Assembly (NCBI GenBank): GCA_963834935.1
Contig: CAWIDS010000001.1
Location: 65,338 to 129,337 of the forward strand
Direction of reading: 5' to 3'
Origin: Candidatus Nomurabacteria bacterium
GTDB lineage: Bacteria > Patescibacteriota > Minisyncoccia > Phycocordibacterales > CALRBL01
DNA length: 64,000 nt
Part shown: one piece after another, positions 1 to 8,434 of the stretch
Layout of the letters: every line of letters starts with the position of its first letter
Numbering within the stretch: position 1 is the first letter of the stretch
Translations under genes and position numbers: made by a program
The notes under the pieces: generated by a model
What the model saw: only the letters and a program-made list of their open reading frames with translations
Told to the model about the DNA's origin: nothing
Database searches by the model: none

Positions 1-1
1 C

Positions 2-751
2 CAGGGTTTTGACCCACTCAGACTTTCCTTCGGTCCGCCTGAACGGCAGATTCTGGACAGCATGGATATGGACAGTGTCACGCTCAGGCGACGCAGGTTG
101 TCTCTTCGGTTCGCTGGTTTGGAGATAGGTGCGACGGAACACTATTCCGTGCTCCGTTTCTTCTATCCTGGCACGAATATCCACTTCGCCTCGCCACACA
201 AAGTGCCTCACTTCACTACTGCGCTCCAGCTGCTTTCAACCCTCGATAAGAAGGGCGAGCCGGCAGAAGTCGAAGTCGAGCCACCATGGTACACCGTAAA
301 AGGCAATTGTGGCTGGCCGTATCCGGAAAAAAGAGGGGGCGGAATTGCCTATACCTCGATCCGACCTAATTCTCGGAAAAGGATTGAGATCAACGTGACG
401 GCGAGGTTTCGGAAATTTGGCGAGAAAACCAGTCGTTTCAACTTCCCGAACCTGCAGCTCATGAGGAATATCCTAATAAGCCCCGCACCTGGAATTCCTT
501 CTTGGCTCGAAAAGCCCGCACGGAAGCTCTGGTCTCACGGGGACGATACATTCTGGCCTCAGGTATCGGACGTCGAAGTGGCGATGACTCACATTATCCA
601 TCACCGCGTTCAGGATATCTTGGGTGCGATCGCTTTGATAAAGTCGCCTGTTCCGAGAGCATTCCCGTCGCTGACGATCACTTCCGTCTGTTCGGGACAC
701 CGCGCCGACTTCAACGCCATCAGCATGGCAACCACCACACCGCTTGCATAG
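2..751 (+). CDS. Hypothetical protein, 5'-partial: the reading frame is open from the window start. It is Arg/Pro-rich with no recognisable domain.
   Basis: The ORF 62..751 continues in frame, with no stop, back to position 2. Codon third-position C preference (ttc, atc, ctc) matches the neighbouring genes. GC is somewhat higher than the flanks. Confidence 0.4.
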   Translation, partial: QGFDPLRLSFGPPERQILDSMDMDSVTLRRRRLSLRFAGLEIGATEHYSVLRFFYPGTNIHFASPHKVPHFTTALQLLSTLDKKGEPAEVEVEPPWYTVKGNCGWPYPEKRGGGIAYTSIRPNSRKRIEINVTARFRKFGEKTSRFNFPNLQLMRNILISPAPGIPSWLEKPARKLWSHGDDTFWPQVSDVEVAMTHIIHHRVQDILGAIALIKSPVPRAFPSLTITSVCSGHRADFNAISMATTTPLA

Positions 752-760
752 GGTGTTTTT

Positions 761-1537
761 TTATTTGAATATTTTGGTCCTCTTTATACTCCATGCTACA
801 CCAAACATTCCCATTTTCTCAGCAATCTTTTCCGCAAGCGTACGCATATATGTCCCGGAGGAGCAGCTTACTTTCATTTTGAATGCCTGGAATGATGCCT
901 GGTCTGCTTGCAAAAGATTTTCCTGCCAGGAATTCACGATCTCTCCCTGACGAAAGTCTCCTTTCACTTTTGATATCCTTCCGATCGCTTGTTTCAAGAT
1001 GTCCTTTCCTCTCATCTCTGAGGCATCGAGCAATCCTATCAAGTAAATTTCCGAGCTTCTTTCCGGGATTTCGATCTCATCAAGCTTTCCTTCCCTCGCC
1101 CATTGAAAAAGAGGCTTGCCGCTGACAGTCTTCGACGAATAATGCGGATAAGGCTGATCAAATTTTCCGATGAATGATTTCAAGACTTCGCTCAATTCAT
1201 CTTCAGATATTTTTTCTTGCGGCCCTTTGCTGACTTCAACCACCTTTCCCAGAATGTCACCGGTATCGGTCCTTAATCCCAAAAGCACTTCGACTTCATA
1301 TTCTTTGTCCAAGCCGAGATATTTCTCACGATTCTTGTTCTCCTCGCCGACAAGGACGAGCAAGACTCCTTCTGCTATCGGGTCGAGCCTTCCAGCATAG
1401 CTAAGTGTCGAATGGGCATACAAAGGCTCTTCCATCCGCAAGCGCGTCAGGCATTCAAGAGGCGTCTCTCCTTCATTCTTCCAGAATTCGATTGTCGGCT
1501 GCCGCTGAAATTGAGGTGTAGTTTGGTTTTTATCCAT
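761..1537 (-). CDS. tRNA pseudouridine synthase, TruB/Pus-like family
   Basis: 258 aa. The motif 'YAGRLDPIAEGVLLVLVGEENK' resembles the TruB catalytic Asp motif (GxLDPxAxGxL). Confidence 0.6.
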   Translation of the reverse strand: MDKNQTTPQFQRQPTIEFWKNEGETPLECLTRLRMEEPLYAHSTLSYAGRLDPIAEGVLLVLVGEENKNREKYLGLDKEYEVEVLLGLRTDTGDILGKVVEVSKGPQEKISEDELSEVLKSFIGKFDQPYPHYSSKTVSGKPLFQWAREGKLDEIEIPERSSEIYLIGLLDASEMRGKDILKQAIGRISKVKGDFRQGEIVNSWQENLLQADQASFQAFKMKVSCSSGTYMRTLAEKIAEKMGMFGVAWSIKRTKIFK

Positions 1538-1567
1538 ATTTAATTTACAATAGCCATACTACTTAAT

Positions 1568-2857
1568 ATGAGCGAAATGGCAAAAAAACTTTCAACCGAG
1601 GAATACAAAGGCGTTCGGGATTTCTATCCTGAAGACATGGCAGTCCAGAACTACATTTTCGGCATCTGGAGAAAGACACTCGAAAGCTTCGGCTACTCGG
1701 AATATGATGCTTCTATCCTCGAACCGACCGAGCTCTATGAAGCCAAGTCAGGCGAGGAACTCATCAATGAGCAGACTTACACATTCATCGACCGCGGCGG
1801 CCGCAGCGTCACCTTGCGGCCCGAGATGACGCCGACAGTTGCTCGCATGGTGGCCAAAAGGCGCCGCGAGCTTGCCTTCCCGCTCAGATGGTATTCCATT
1901 CCCAACCTTTTCCGATATGAGCGTCCTCAGCGCGGCCGCGTGCGCGAGCACTTCCAGCTCAATGCCGACATTTTCGGGGCTGAAAGTTCAGAAGCTGAAA
2001 TCGAACTCGTCAGCATCGCCGACACAATCATGAAGAATTTCGGGTTGAATGCGAAACAATTCGAGATCCGTCTCAGCAGCCGCAAGCTCATCAATGCCAT
2101 TTTCTCAGAATGGTACGAATTGGACGAAGAAAAAGCCAAGAAGATGCAGAAACTTATCGACAAGAAAAGCAAGATGGGCGAGGAAGAGTTCGAAAAGAAG
2201 GCTCAGGAAATAACTTCAGGCTCGTTCAGTTTTCTCAACCTCTCGAAACACAGCGAAGTCCGCGACGAAGCCCTTGCCATGCCGATGATCCGAGAAGCAT
2301 ATGACGAACTGCATGCTGTCATCGCTCGCTTGCATACCCTCGGAATCGCCAATGTCAGCTACGACCCCGAGCTTATCCGCGGCTTCGACTATTACACCGG
2401 CATCATCTTCGAAGTCTTTGACACGCATCCTGATAACAATCGTTCTCTTTTCGGCGGCGGCCGCTATGACGGGCTGATTTCGCTTTTTGGCGAAGACAAC
2501 GTGCCTGCCGCTGGCTTCGGAATGGGAGATGTCACTATCCGCGATGTCCTTGAGACCTATTCCCTTCTTCCTGAAAACCTCAGCGAATCGGAAACGAAGG
2601 TTTCCTTGCTCTGTATGAATGAGCAAGCGATCAGCCACTCAGAAAAGCTTGCTTCTGTCTTGAGAAAAAACAACATCAATTGTTCTGTGAATTTTTCGCT
2701 TAAGAAAATATCTGACCAGATCAAGCATGCAGAAAAATCTCGAATCCCTTATGTAATCGTTATCGGCGAAGATGAAATAAAGAATGAAATGTACGGCTTG
2801 AAGAATATCATCACTGGCGAAGAAAGGAAATTTGCCGCTGAAAAAATATCATTATGA
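1568..2857 (+). CDS. hisS: Histidyl-tRNA synthetase
   Basis: 429 aa. Class II aaRS motifs are present ('RYERPQRGRVREHFQLNADIFG', 'GGGRYDGL') together with a C-terminal anticodon-binding region. Confidence 0.9.
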   Translation: MSEMAKKLSTEEYKGVRDFYPEDMAVQNYIFGIWRKTLESFGYSEYDASILEPTELYEAKSGEELINEQTYTFIDRGGRSVTLRPEMTPTVARMVAKRRRELAFPLRWYSIPNLFRYERPQRGRVREHFQLNADIFGAESSEAEIELVSIADTIMKNFGLNAKQFEIRLSSRKLINAIFSEWYELDEEKAKKMQKLIDKKSKMGEEEFEKKAQEITSGSFSFLNLSKHSEVRDEALAMPMIREAYDELHAVIARLHTLGIANVSYDPELIRGFDYYTGIIFEVFDTHPDNNRSLFGGGRYDGLISLFGEDNVPAAGFGMGDVTIRDVLETYSLLPENLSESETKVSLLCMNEQAISHSEKLASVLRKNNINCSVNFSLKKISDQIKHAEKSRIPYVIVIGEDEIKNEMYGLKNIITGEERKFAAEKISL

Positions 2858-3429
2858 AGAAAATAGTTTTCGATATCGAGACGAAGAACGTCTTCCAGGA
2901 CGTCGGCCGCGCTGACCCTGTCCTTTTAGATGTATCAGTTGTTGGTATTTATGATTACGAGAGCGACCAGTATCTCGCCTTTTTGGAAGAGGATTTCTCC
3001 AAGCTCTGGCCGTATTTCGAGAAAGCAGACATGATCATCGGCTATAACAGCGATCACTTTGATATTCCTATTCTCAACAAATATTACCCCGGCGACCTGA
3101 CAAAAATAAAAAGCCTCGATCTGATGGCTGAGATACGCAAAAGCCTCGGACGTCGCATCGGCCTCGGAAACGTGGCTGAAGCAACACTCAACGTCGGCAA
3201 ATCAGCCAACGGCCTTGAAGCTGTCCAGTGGTGGAAAGAAGGAAAGATTGAAGAGATAAAAAAATATTGCCTACAGGACGTGAGGGTGACCAAAGATCTT
3301 TATGAATACATGCAAAACCGCAAGTCTGTCCGCTATAAGGACGGAAACGAGCTGAACAATCTGAACATAAATACTGACGGCTGGGATACGCCTATCGATG
3401 CAGGAATGACTTTTAGTTTAGGATTCTGA
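2854..3429 (+). CDS. Standalone DEDDy-type 3'-5' exonuclease, RNase H-like fold, resembling a PolB-type exonuclease domain
   Basis: 191 aa. Exo I 'FDIET', Exo II 'IIGYNSDHFDIPIL' and Exo III 'YCLQDVRVTKDLY' motifs are present. The ATG overlaps the hisS stop codon (ATGA). Confidence 0.6.
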   Translation: MKKIVFDIETKNVFQDVGRADPVLLDVSVVGIYDYESDQYLAFLEEDFSKLWPYFEKADMIIGYNSDHFDIPILNKYYPGDLTKIKSLDLMAEIRKSLGRRIGLGNVAEATLNVGKSANGLEAVQWWKEGKIEEIKKYCLQDVRVTKDLYEYMQNRKSVRYKDGNELNNLNINTDGWDTPIDAGMTFSLGF

Positions 3430-3478
3430 ATGAGCTTCAGTTTACTTTTTCCCCTTTTGCGTGTAATACTGTTTACTC

Positions 3479-5797
3479 ATGAAGCTACTTATCGTTGAAT
3501 CACCCGCCAAAGCAAAGACAATTTCCAAATATCTGGATGGTGCTTATACCGTGACCGCTTCGATAGGACACATCCGCGATCTGCCCAAAAGCAATAAGAA
3601 AGCGATCGATATTGAAGCGGGTTTTGTTCCGCATTACGAGATTTCAGCCGGTAAGGACAAAGTGGTCAGCGAGATCCGAGCACTGGCAAAAAAAGCCGAT
3701 GAAGTGATACTCGCGACTGACCCCGATCGCGAAGGAGAAGCGATTGCCTGGCATATCAAGGAGGCTGTCGGCCTCAAGAATCCGAAACGGGTGGTCTTCT
3801 ATGAAATCACTAAAGATGCAGTCCAAGAAGCCATCAAGCATCCTCGAGATATCGATGACAACCTCAAACAAGCCCAGGAAGCCCGTCGTGTGCTCGATAG
3901 ACTCGTCGGATACGACCTTTCCGGGCTCATCTGGAAAAAAGTGCGTTACGGCCTTTCTGCTGGACGCGTTCAGTCTCCCGCTCTCCGAATCATAATGGAA
4001 CGAGAACGCGAAATCCGTGCTTTCAAACCGGAGCAATTCTGGGTCATCACCGCTGATCTGAAAAATGCAAAAGGAGAAAACCGCACTCTCACTTATGTCT
4101 GTTCTGAAGAACCTCGTGATAAAAGCGAAATGGAGAGAATCGTCAAGCTCGGCGAAGAAGCGGGCAAGAAAAATAACAATCAAGGCGAATGGAAAATCGT
4201 GGACATTTCGGAAACCGAAGTCAAAAGATCTCCGCGCGCGCCATTCATCACTTCAACCTTGCAGCAGACAGCCAGCTCCCGCCTCGGCTTCACACCTGCA
4301 CGCACCATGTCAGTTGCCCAACGCCTCTACGAAGCGGGTTTGATCACCTATATGAGAACTGACAGCACCAACTTGAGCAAAATCGCTTTGGAACAAATTT
4401 ACAGCACTATCGAAAAAGAATACGGAAAAGAATACCTCTCGCCCCGCACTTACAGTGCTAAAAGCAAGAATGCCCAAGAAGCTCATGAAGCGATCCGACC
4501 TACAAACGCAGCGGTTAAAGACGCCGGTGCCAACGACGAACAGAAAAAACTCTACAACTTGATCTGGGCACGGACAGTCGCCTCGCAGATGTCTGACGCA
4601 AAGACTCTTCGGACGAAAATTTCAGCGAACATCGCAAAAGAAGCCGATGGCAAAAAAGCCATTCCGGATTTTACCATCAACGGCTCGCGTGTGCTGTTTC
4701 CTGGCTGGCTCATCGCCGATTCCGGAGCTCGCGGAGAAGACGTGGAATTGCCTGCATTCAAAGTCGGCGATCCGCTTGAATTGATTGAGATCAGAAGCGA
4801 AGAGAAGTTCACCGAGCCGCCTCCTCGTTACAGCGAAGCAGGACTCATCAAAGAGCTCGAGAAGCGAGGGATCGGACGCCCTTCCACCTATGCCTCAATC
4901 ATCAAGACCCTTGAAGATCGGCAATACGTTGAGAAAATAAACAAGGCGCTCAAGCCGACTGACACTGGAGATGTCGTTTCAAGCTTCCTCGAAGATAATT
5001 TCGCCTCGTACATCAGTGATTCATTCACTGCCGAAATGGAAGACAAGCTCGACGCAATGGCCGAAGGCAAAGCTGAATATGTAAAGACTCTGCGAGATTT
5101 CTATCTTCCCTTCACCAAAGAAGTGAAAGAAAAGGAAAAGACCGATAAAATTACTAACCTCGGCGACGCAGATCCTAAATACAAATGTCCGAAGTGCGGA
5201 TCGCCGATGGTCATCAAGCTTTCTCGAAACGGAAAGTTCCTAAGCTGTGCGCGATATCCGGATTGCGACGGCGGACTGACTCTCGATGGAAAAGAAATCC
5301 AAAAAGACACGCCTATCGGAATCCATCCAGAAACAGGCATGCCAATTTTCGTCAAGATCGGCCGCTTCGGACCTTACGTGCAGATGGATCCTGGAGAAGT
5401 CTCCGCGGACGAAGCGTCCGCACAAGTGTCCGCGGAAGCCGCTCCCATGTACACAAAGACAGGAAAAATTAAAAAAGCCAAGAAACCGAAGAAGCCTAAA
5501 AAGGTAAAACCCCGCATGGCCAGCATTCCTAAAAATATCGATCCAGAAAAAATAACTCTTGAAGAAGCGGTAATGTGCCTCTCGCTTCCCCGAAAGCTGG
5601 GTGAGCATCCCGAAACCGGCAAGACCATCACCGCGAGTGTCGGCCGCTTCGGCCCCTACATTGTCCATGACGCTGATTTTCGATCGCTAAAAGGAGAAGA
5701 TTCCCCTTATACTATTACCCTTACCCGCGCTCTCGAGATATTAAAAGAAGAAAAGAAGGTACGAAAAGGAGGATTTCGATTCCAAAAGAAAAAATAA
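3479..5797 (+). CDS. topA: DNA topoisomerase I
   Basis: 772 aa. It has the TOPRIM N-terminus 'LLIVESPAKAKTISKYL', an active-site region, a C-terminal Zn-ribbon 'CPKCGSPM...CARYPDCDG' and a Lys-rich tail. Confidence 0.95.
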   Translation: MKLLIVESPAKAKTISKYLDGAYTVTASIGHIRDLPKSNKKAIDIEAGFVPHYEISAGKDKVVSEIRALAKKADEVILATDPDREGEAIAWHIKEAVGLKNPKRVVFYEITKDAVQEAIKHPRDIDDNLKQAQEARRVLDRLVGYDLSGLIWKKVRYGLSAGRVQSPALRIIMEREREIRAFKPEQFWVITADLKNAKGENRTLTYVCSEEPRDKSEMERIVKLGEEAGKKNNNQGEWKIVDISETEVKRSPRAPFITSTLQQTASSRLGFTPARTMSVAQRLYEAGLITYMRTDSTNLSKIALEQIYSTIEKEYGKEYLSPRTYSAKSKNAQEAHEAIRPTNAAVKDAGANDEQKKLYNLIWARTVASQMSDAKTLRTKISANIAKEADGKKAIPDFTINGSRVLFPGWLIADSGARGEDVELPAFKVGDPLELIEIRSEEKFTEPPPRYSEAGLIKELEKRGIGRPSTYASIIKTLEDRQYVEKINKALKPTDTGDVVSSFLEDNFASYISDSFTAEMEDKLDAMAEGKAEYVKTLRDFYLPFTKEVKEKEKTDKITNLGDADPKYKCPKCGSPMVIKLSRNGKFLSCARYPDCDGGLTLDGKEIQKDTPIGIHPETGMPIFVKIGRFGPYVQMDPGEVSADEASAQVSAEAAPMYTKTGKIKKAKKPKKPKKVKPRMASIPKNIDPEKITLEEAVMCLSLPRKLGEHPETGKTITASVGRFGPYIVHDADFRSLKGEDSPYTITLTRALEILKEEKKVRKGGFRFQKKK

Positions 5798-5813
5798 AAA
5801 AATATCTTAATTT

Positions 5814-6845
5814 CTACAAGCTGAAATTCCGCACCGAATAAAGCTCTTCATCGTCATCCTTTTTCTCGGGGATGATTTCAGGGACGATAGGCTGCGGGGC
5901 GTTAGCTTGAGGCTGCTCTACCGGCAGACCGTTGGCATCAAGGATCTGCTTTTCGATGTGGGCTTCGAGCATGTCGTTACCGGTCTTCCTGGCAGCATTC
6001 GAATTCAATATCTCGAGAAGGGTTTGGAGGTCTTCATCGGAGAAAAAGTCGATATGGAGCTTGCCGCCAGTTTCCGTCTTCTCGATCGAGACACGGGTGC
6101 CGAGCGATTCGCGAAGTTGCTCTTCTATCTCGACGATCTGCGGATCAATAATGCGTTCTTTCTTACGGGCTCGCTCGACGGCGATCTTTCGGGCGATAAG
6201 TTCCGCCTCGCGGACATTAAGCTTCTTGAAGATGATCTCCTTGAAAAGGGTATCCTGCTCCTGTGGTCGGTCAGTAAGCATGAGAAGCGGGCGCGTATGG
6301 CCTTCAGTAATTCTGCTTTGGGAAAGCGCTTCGAGCATATGCGGTGGCAGAAGAAGGATACGGAGAGAATTCGAGACGTATTCGCGGCTCTTGCCTACTT
6401 TTTCAGCGATAGTGGCGTGCTTGAATCCGAATTCCTTGATGAGCTGGTCGAATGCCTTGGCTCGGTCGACAGGGTTCAGGTCTTCACGCTGGATGTTCTC
6501 AATGATCGCAAGCTCGAGCTTCATCAAGTCATTGTCCTCTCCGGCGCGGATGAGCACCGGCACTTGGCTGAGCCCCGCAATTCGCGAGGCGCGCAAGCGG
6601 CGCTCTCCGGCTATGAGCTCGTACTCGACACCAAGGCCTCCGTCTTCTGTGACGAATTCCTTGCGCGTCACCACAAGCGCCTGCAAAACGCCGTATTGGC
6701 GGATCGAATCCGCGAGGGCTTTGAGAGCCATCTCATCAAAATCCTTTCGCGGTTGGAATGGGTTAGGCTTTATCTTGTCGGTCTCTATCCAGAAAATGGC
6801 ATCATTATAGAATTGCGACGGCTGATTTTGGTTTTGCGGAGACAT
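5814..6845 (-). CDS. parB: ParB/Spo0J chromosome partitioning protein
   Basis: 343 aa. ParB box 'ELIAGERRLRASRIAGL' and an HTH region are present. No adjacent parA. Confidence 0.85.
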   Translation of the reverse strand: MSPQNQNQPSQFYNDAIFWIETDKIKPNPFQPRKDFDEMALKALADSIRQYGVLQALVVTRKEFVTEDGGLGVEYELIAGERRLRASRIAGLSQVPVLIRAGEDNDLMKLELAIIENIQREDLNPVDRAKAFDQLIKEFGFKHATIAEKVGKSREYVSNSLRILLLPPHMLEALSQSRITEGHTRPLLMLTDRPQEQDTLFKEIIFKKLNVREAELIARKIAVERARKKERIIDPQIVEIEEQLRESLGTRVSIEKTETGGKLHIDFFSDEDLQTLLEILNSNAARKTGNDMLEAHIEKQILDANGLPVEQPQANAPQPIVPEIIPEKKDDDEELYSVRNFSL

Positions 6846-6879
6846 TATCAGCTCATTTTATCATGCGTCACAGGCATTG

Positions 6880-7572
6880 TCATTCACGATTCTCTTTGCG
6901 CCATTCTTCTATCATCTTGTGATTGCCGGAGAGCAGCACTTTCGGTACTTTGTATTTCTTTCCTTTGTATTCGAGGATTTCGGGACGGGTGTAGACGTCT
7001 GATGATGCGGCGCGGCTTTCTTCAAGCGAAGCATGGTCGCCAAGCACTCCTTCGATCTGGCGCGAAACGGTATCAATCATCAGCATGGCGGGAAGTTCGC
7101 CGCCAGTGAGCACATAATCCCCTACTGAGACCTCTTCGGCTTTAAGGATCTTCTTCACTCGAGCGTCGATTCCCTCATAGCGCCCGCAGATAAAAATAAT
7201 GTCGGTGAATTTTTTGGAAACTGCCTTGATATACGGAGTGTCCAGCTTCTTTCCAGACGGCGAGAAGAAGATTATCTTGATCGCAACCTTTTTGCCCTTT
7301 GATTTTTTTTCAATGCCTTTAATCGCCTTCTCTACGGCATTAAGCACAGGCTTCGCCTGTATGACCATGCCAGGGCCGCCACCATAAGCCTTGTCATCGA
7401 CACGCAAGTAGGGCTTCTCGTTTTTCTTCTGAGCCTTTGTCGGCTTTACCATCTCTCGCGGATTATAAAAAAAGAAATCGATCAATTTCTTTTCCTTAGC
7501 ACGAAAAAGCATCGACTCGCTGAGGTACGAATCGAACATTTGGGGAAATAGAGAGATGATATGAAAACGCAT
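6880..7572 (-). CDS. trmD: tRNA (guanine37-N1)-methyltransferase
   Basis: 230 aa. Motifs 'YGGGPGMV', 'ICGRYEGIDARV' and 'SVGDYVLTGGELPAM' are present. Confidence 0.9.
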   Translation of the reverse strand: MRFHIISLFPQMFDSYLSESMLFRAKEKKLIDFFFYNPREMVKPTKAQKKNEKPYLRVDDKAYGGGPGMVIQAKPVLNAVEKAIKGIEKKSKGKKVAIKIIFFSPSGKKLDTPYIKAVSKKFTDIIFICGRYEGIDARVKKILKAEEVSVGDYVLTGGELPAMLMIDTVSRQIEGVLGDHASLEESRAASSDVYTRPEILEYKGKKYKVPKVLLSGNHKMIEEWRKENRE

Positions 7573-7881
7573 TTAGATCTTCAAGTCCTCGAGTGCTTCG
7601 TCGACGCTTTTCATCTGAGGTTCCTTCAATGGGCTGCCTTCAGGCTCGTTGATTTTCAGGTTGACCCGGGCATCATTCTTCATTCCGACAACGCGAAGGA
7701 GAGTTCGGATAGCTTTTGCAGTGTTTCCCTGCCGGCCGATGATCTTTCCCATATCTTCCGGAGCGACAAGAAGAGTCATGAGCACGCCCATCTCGTCGAC
7801 GCTTCGGGTAATTTTTACTTCTTCAGGCTTTTCTACGAGAGCTTTGACTACATATTCCAGAAATTGTGTATCTGATTCCAT
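7573..7881 (-). CDS. KH-domain RNA-binding protein (KhpA/YlqC-like)
   Basis: 102 aa. It carries the KH GxxG motif 'GKIIGRQGNTAKAIRTLL' and lies between rpsP and trmD. Confidence 0.75.
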   Translation of the reverse strand: MESDTQFLEYVVKALVEKPEEVKITRSVDEMGVLMTLLVAPEDMGKIIGRQGNTAKAIRTLLRVVGMKNDARVNLKINEPEGSPLKEPQMKSVDEALEDLKI

Positions 7882-7953
7882 ATTGTTTCGTTCGGCTAAT
7901 TGGTAATAGGAGTATTATAGTACAGAAAATCCAAAGTTGGAATCAAAACAGAA

Positions 7954-8343
7954 CTAGGCAGCTGGAGCAGTTTCTGCTGCGGCTGCGGGAGCGGCTGCCT
8001 CCGGAGCAGCAGGAACTTCTTCCTTCTTTGGAACGGTCTTTTTCGGAAGAACATTAACCTTCTTGCCGGTAATGACTTTCTTTGAGATAAGGAGATTATT
8101 GACAGTACCGGAAAGCTGGGCACCTTTGGAAACCCAGTGCTTTACGCGTTCTTCCTTGATAAGGGTGGTGCTATCGCGGCGGGGATCATACGAGCCAACA
8201 ACCTCAAGCGATTTGCCGCTCTTGGTGCTGTTTTTTGAGTCTGTAACCACGATACGAAAAGTGGTCTCGTGAGTCCGTCCTGTGCGTTGAAGTCTTATGG
8301 TAAGCATGGCTCGCAGTCTAGCAAAGTTTTCAAAGGAGGTCAA
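7954..8343 (-). CDS. rpsP: 30S ribosomal protein S16 with an Ala/Pro-rich C-terminal tail
   Basis: 129 aa. The N-terminus 'MLTIRLQRTGRTHETTFRIVV' is the typical bS16 signature. Confidence 0.9.
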   Translation of the reverse strand: MTSFENFARLRAMLTIRLQRTGRTHETTFRIVVTDSKNSTKSGKSLEVVGSYDPRRDSTTLIKEERVKHWVSKGAQLSGTVNNLLISKKVITGKKVNVLPKKTVPKKEEVPAAPEAAAPAAAAETAPAA

Positions 8344-8434
8344 ATGCCTGTCTTAGGGGATTTAAGGCTAGCGGGTACGATTCTTCTCATGTCCATAAAT
8401 TTCAAATTCGGCGATTTTCTGCTATCATCAAGCC

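Noticed and set aside
1-751. Possibility that the GC-rich first 750 nt is an rRNA, RNase P RNA, tmRNA or intron fragment
   Set aside because: Searched by eye for 16S/23S hallmark motifs (GTGCCAGCAGCCGCGGTAA, sarcin-ricin AGTACGAGAGGACCGG), the RNase P P4 and tmRNA ends; none were found. Codon third-position bias instead favours protein coding. Left as a 5'-partial hypothetical CDS; Rfam would settle it.
5907-7109. 400-aa and 292-aa ORFs on the + strand overlapping parB and trmD
   Set aside because: They run antisense to genes with clear ParB and TrmD motifs. The products are low-complexity Leu/Arg/Ser-rich with no motifs, a typical antisense artefact of C3-biased coding.
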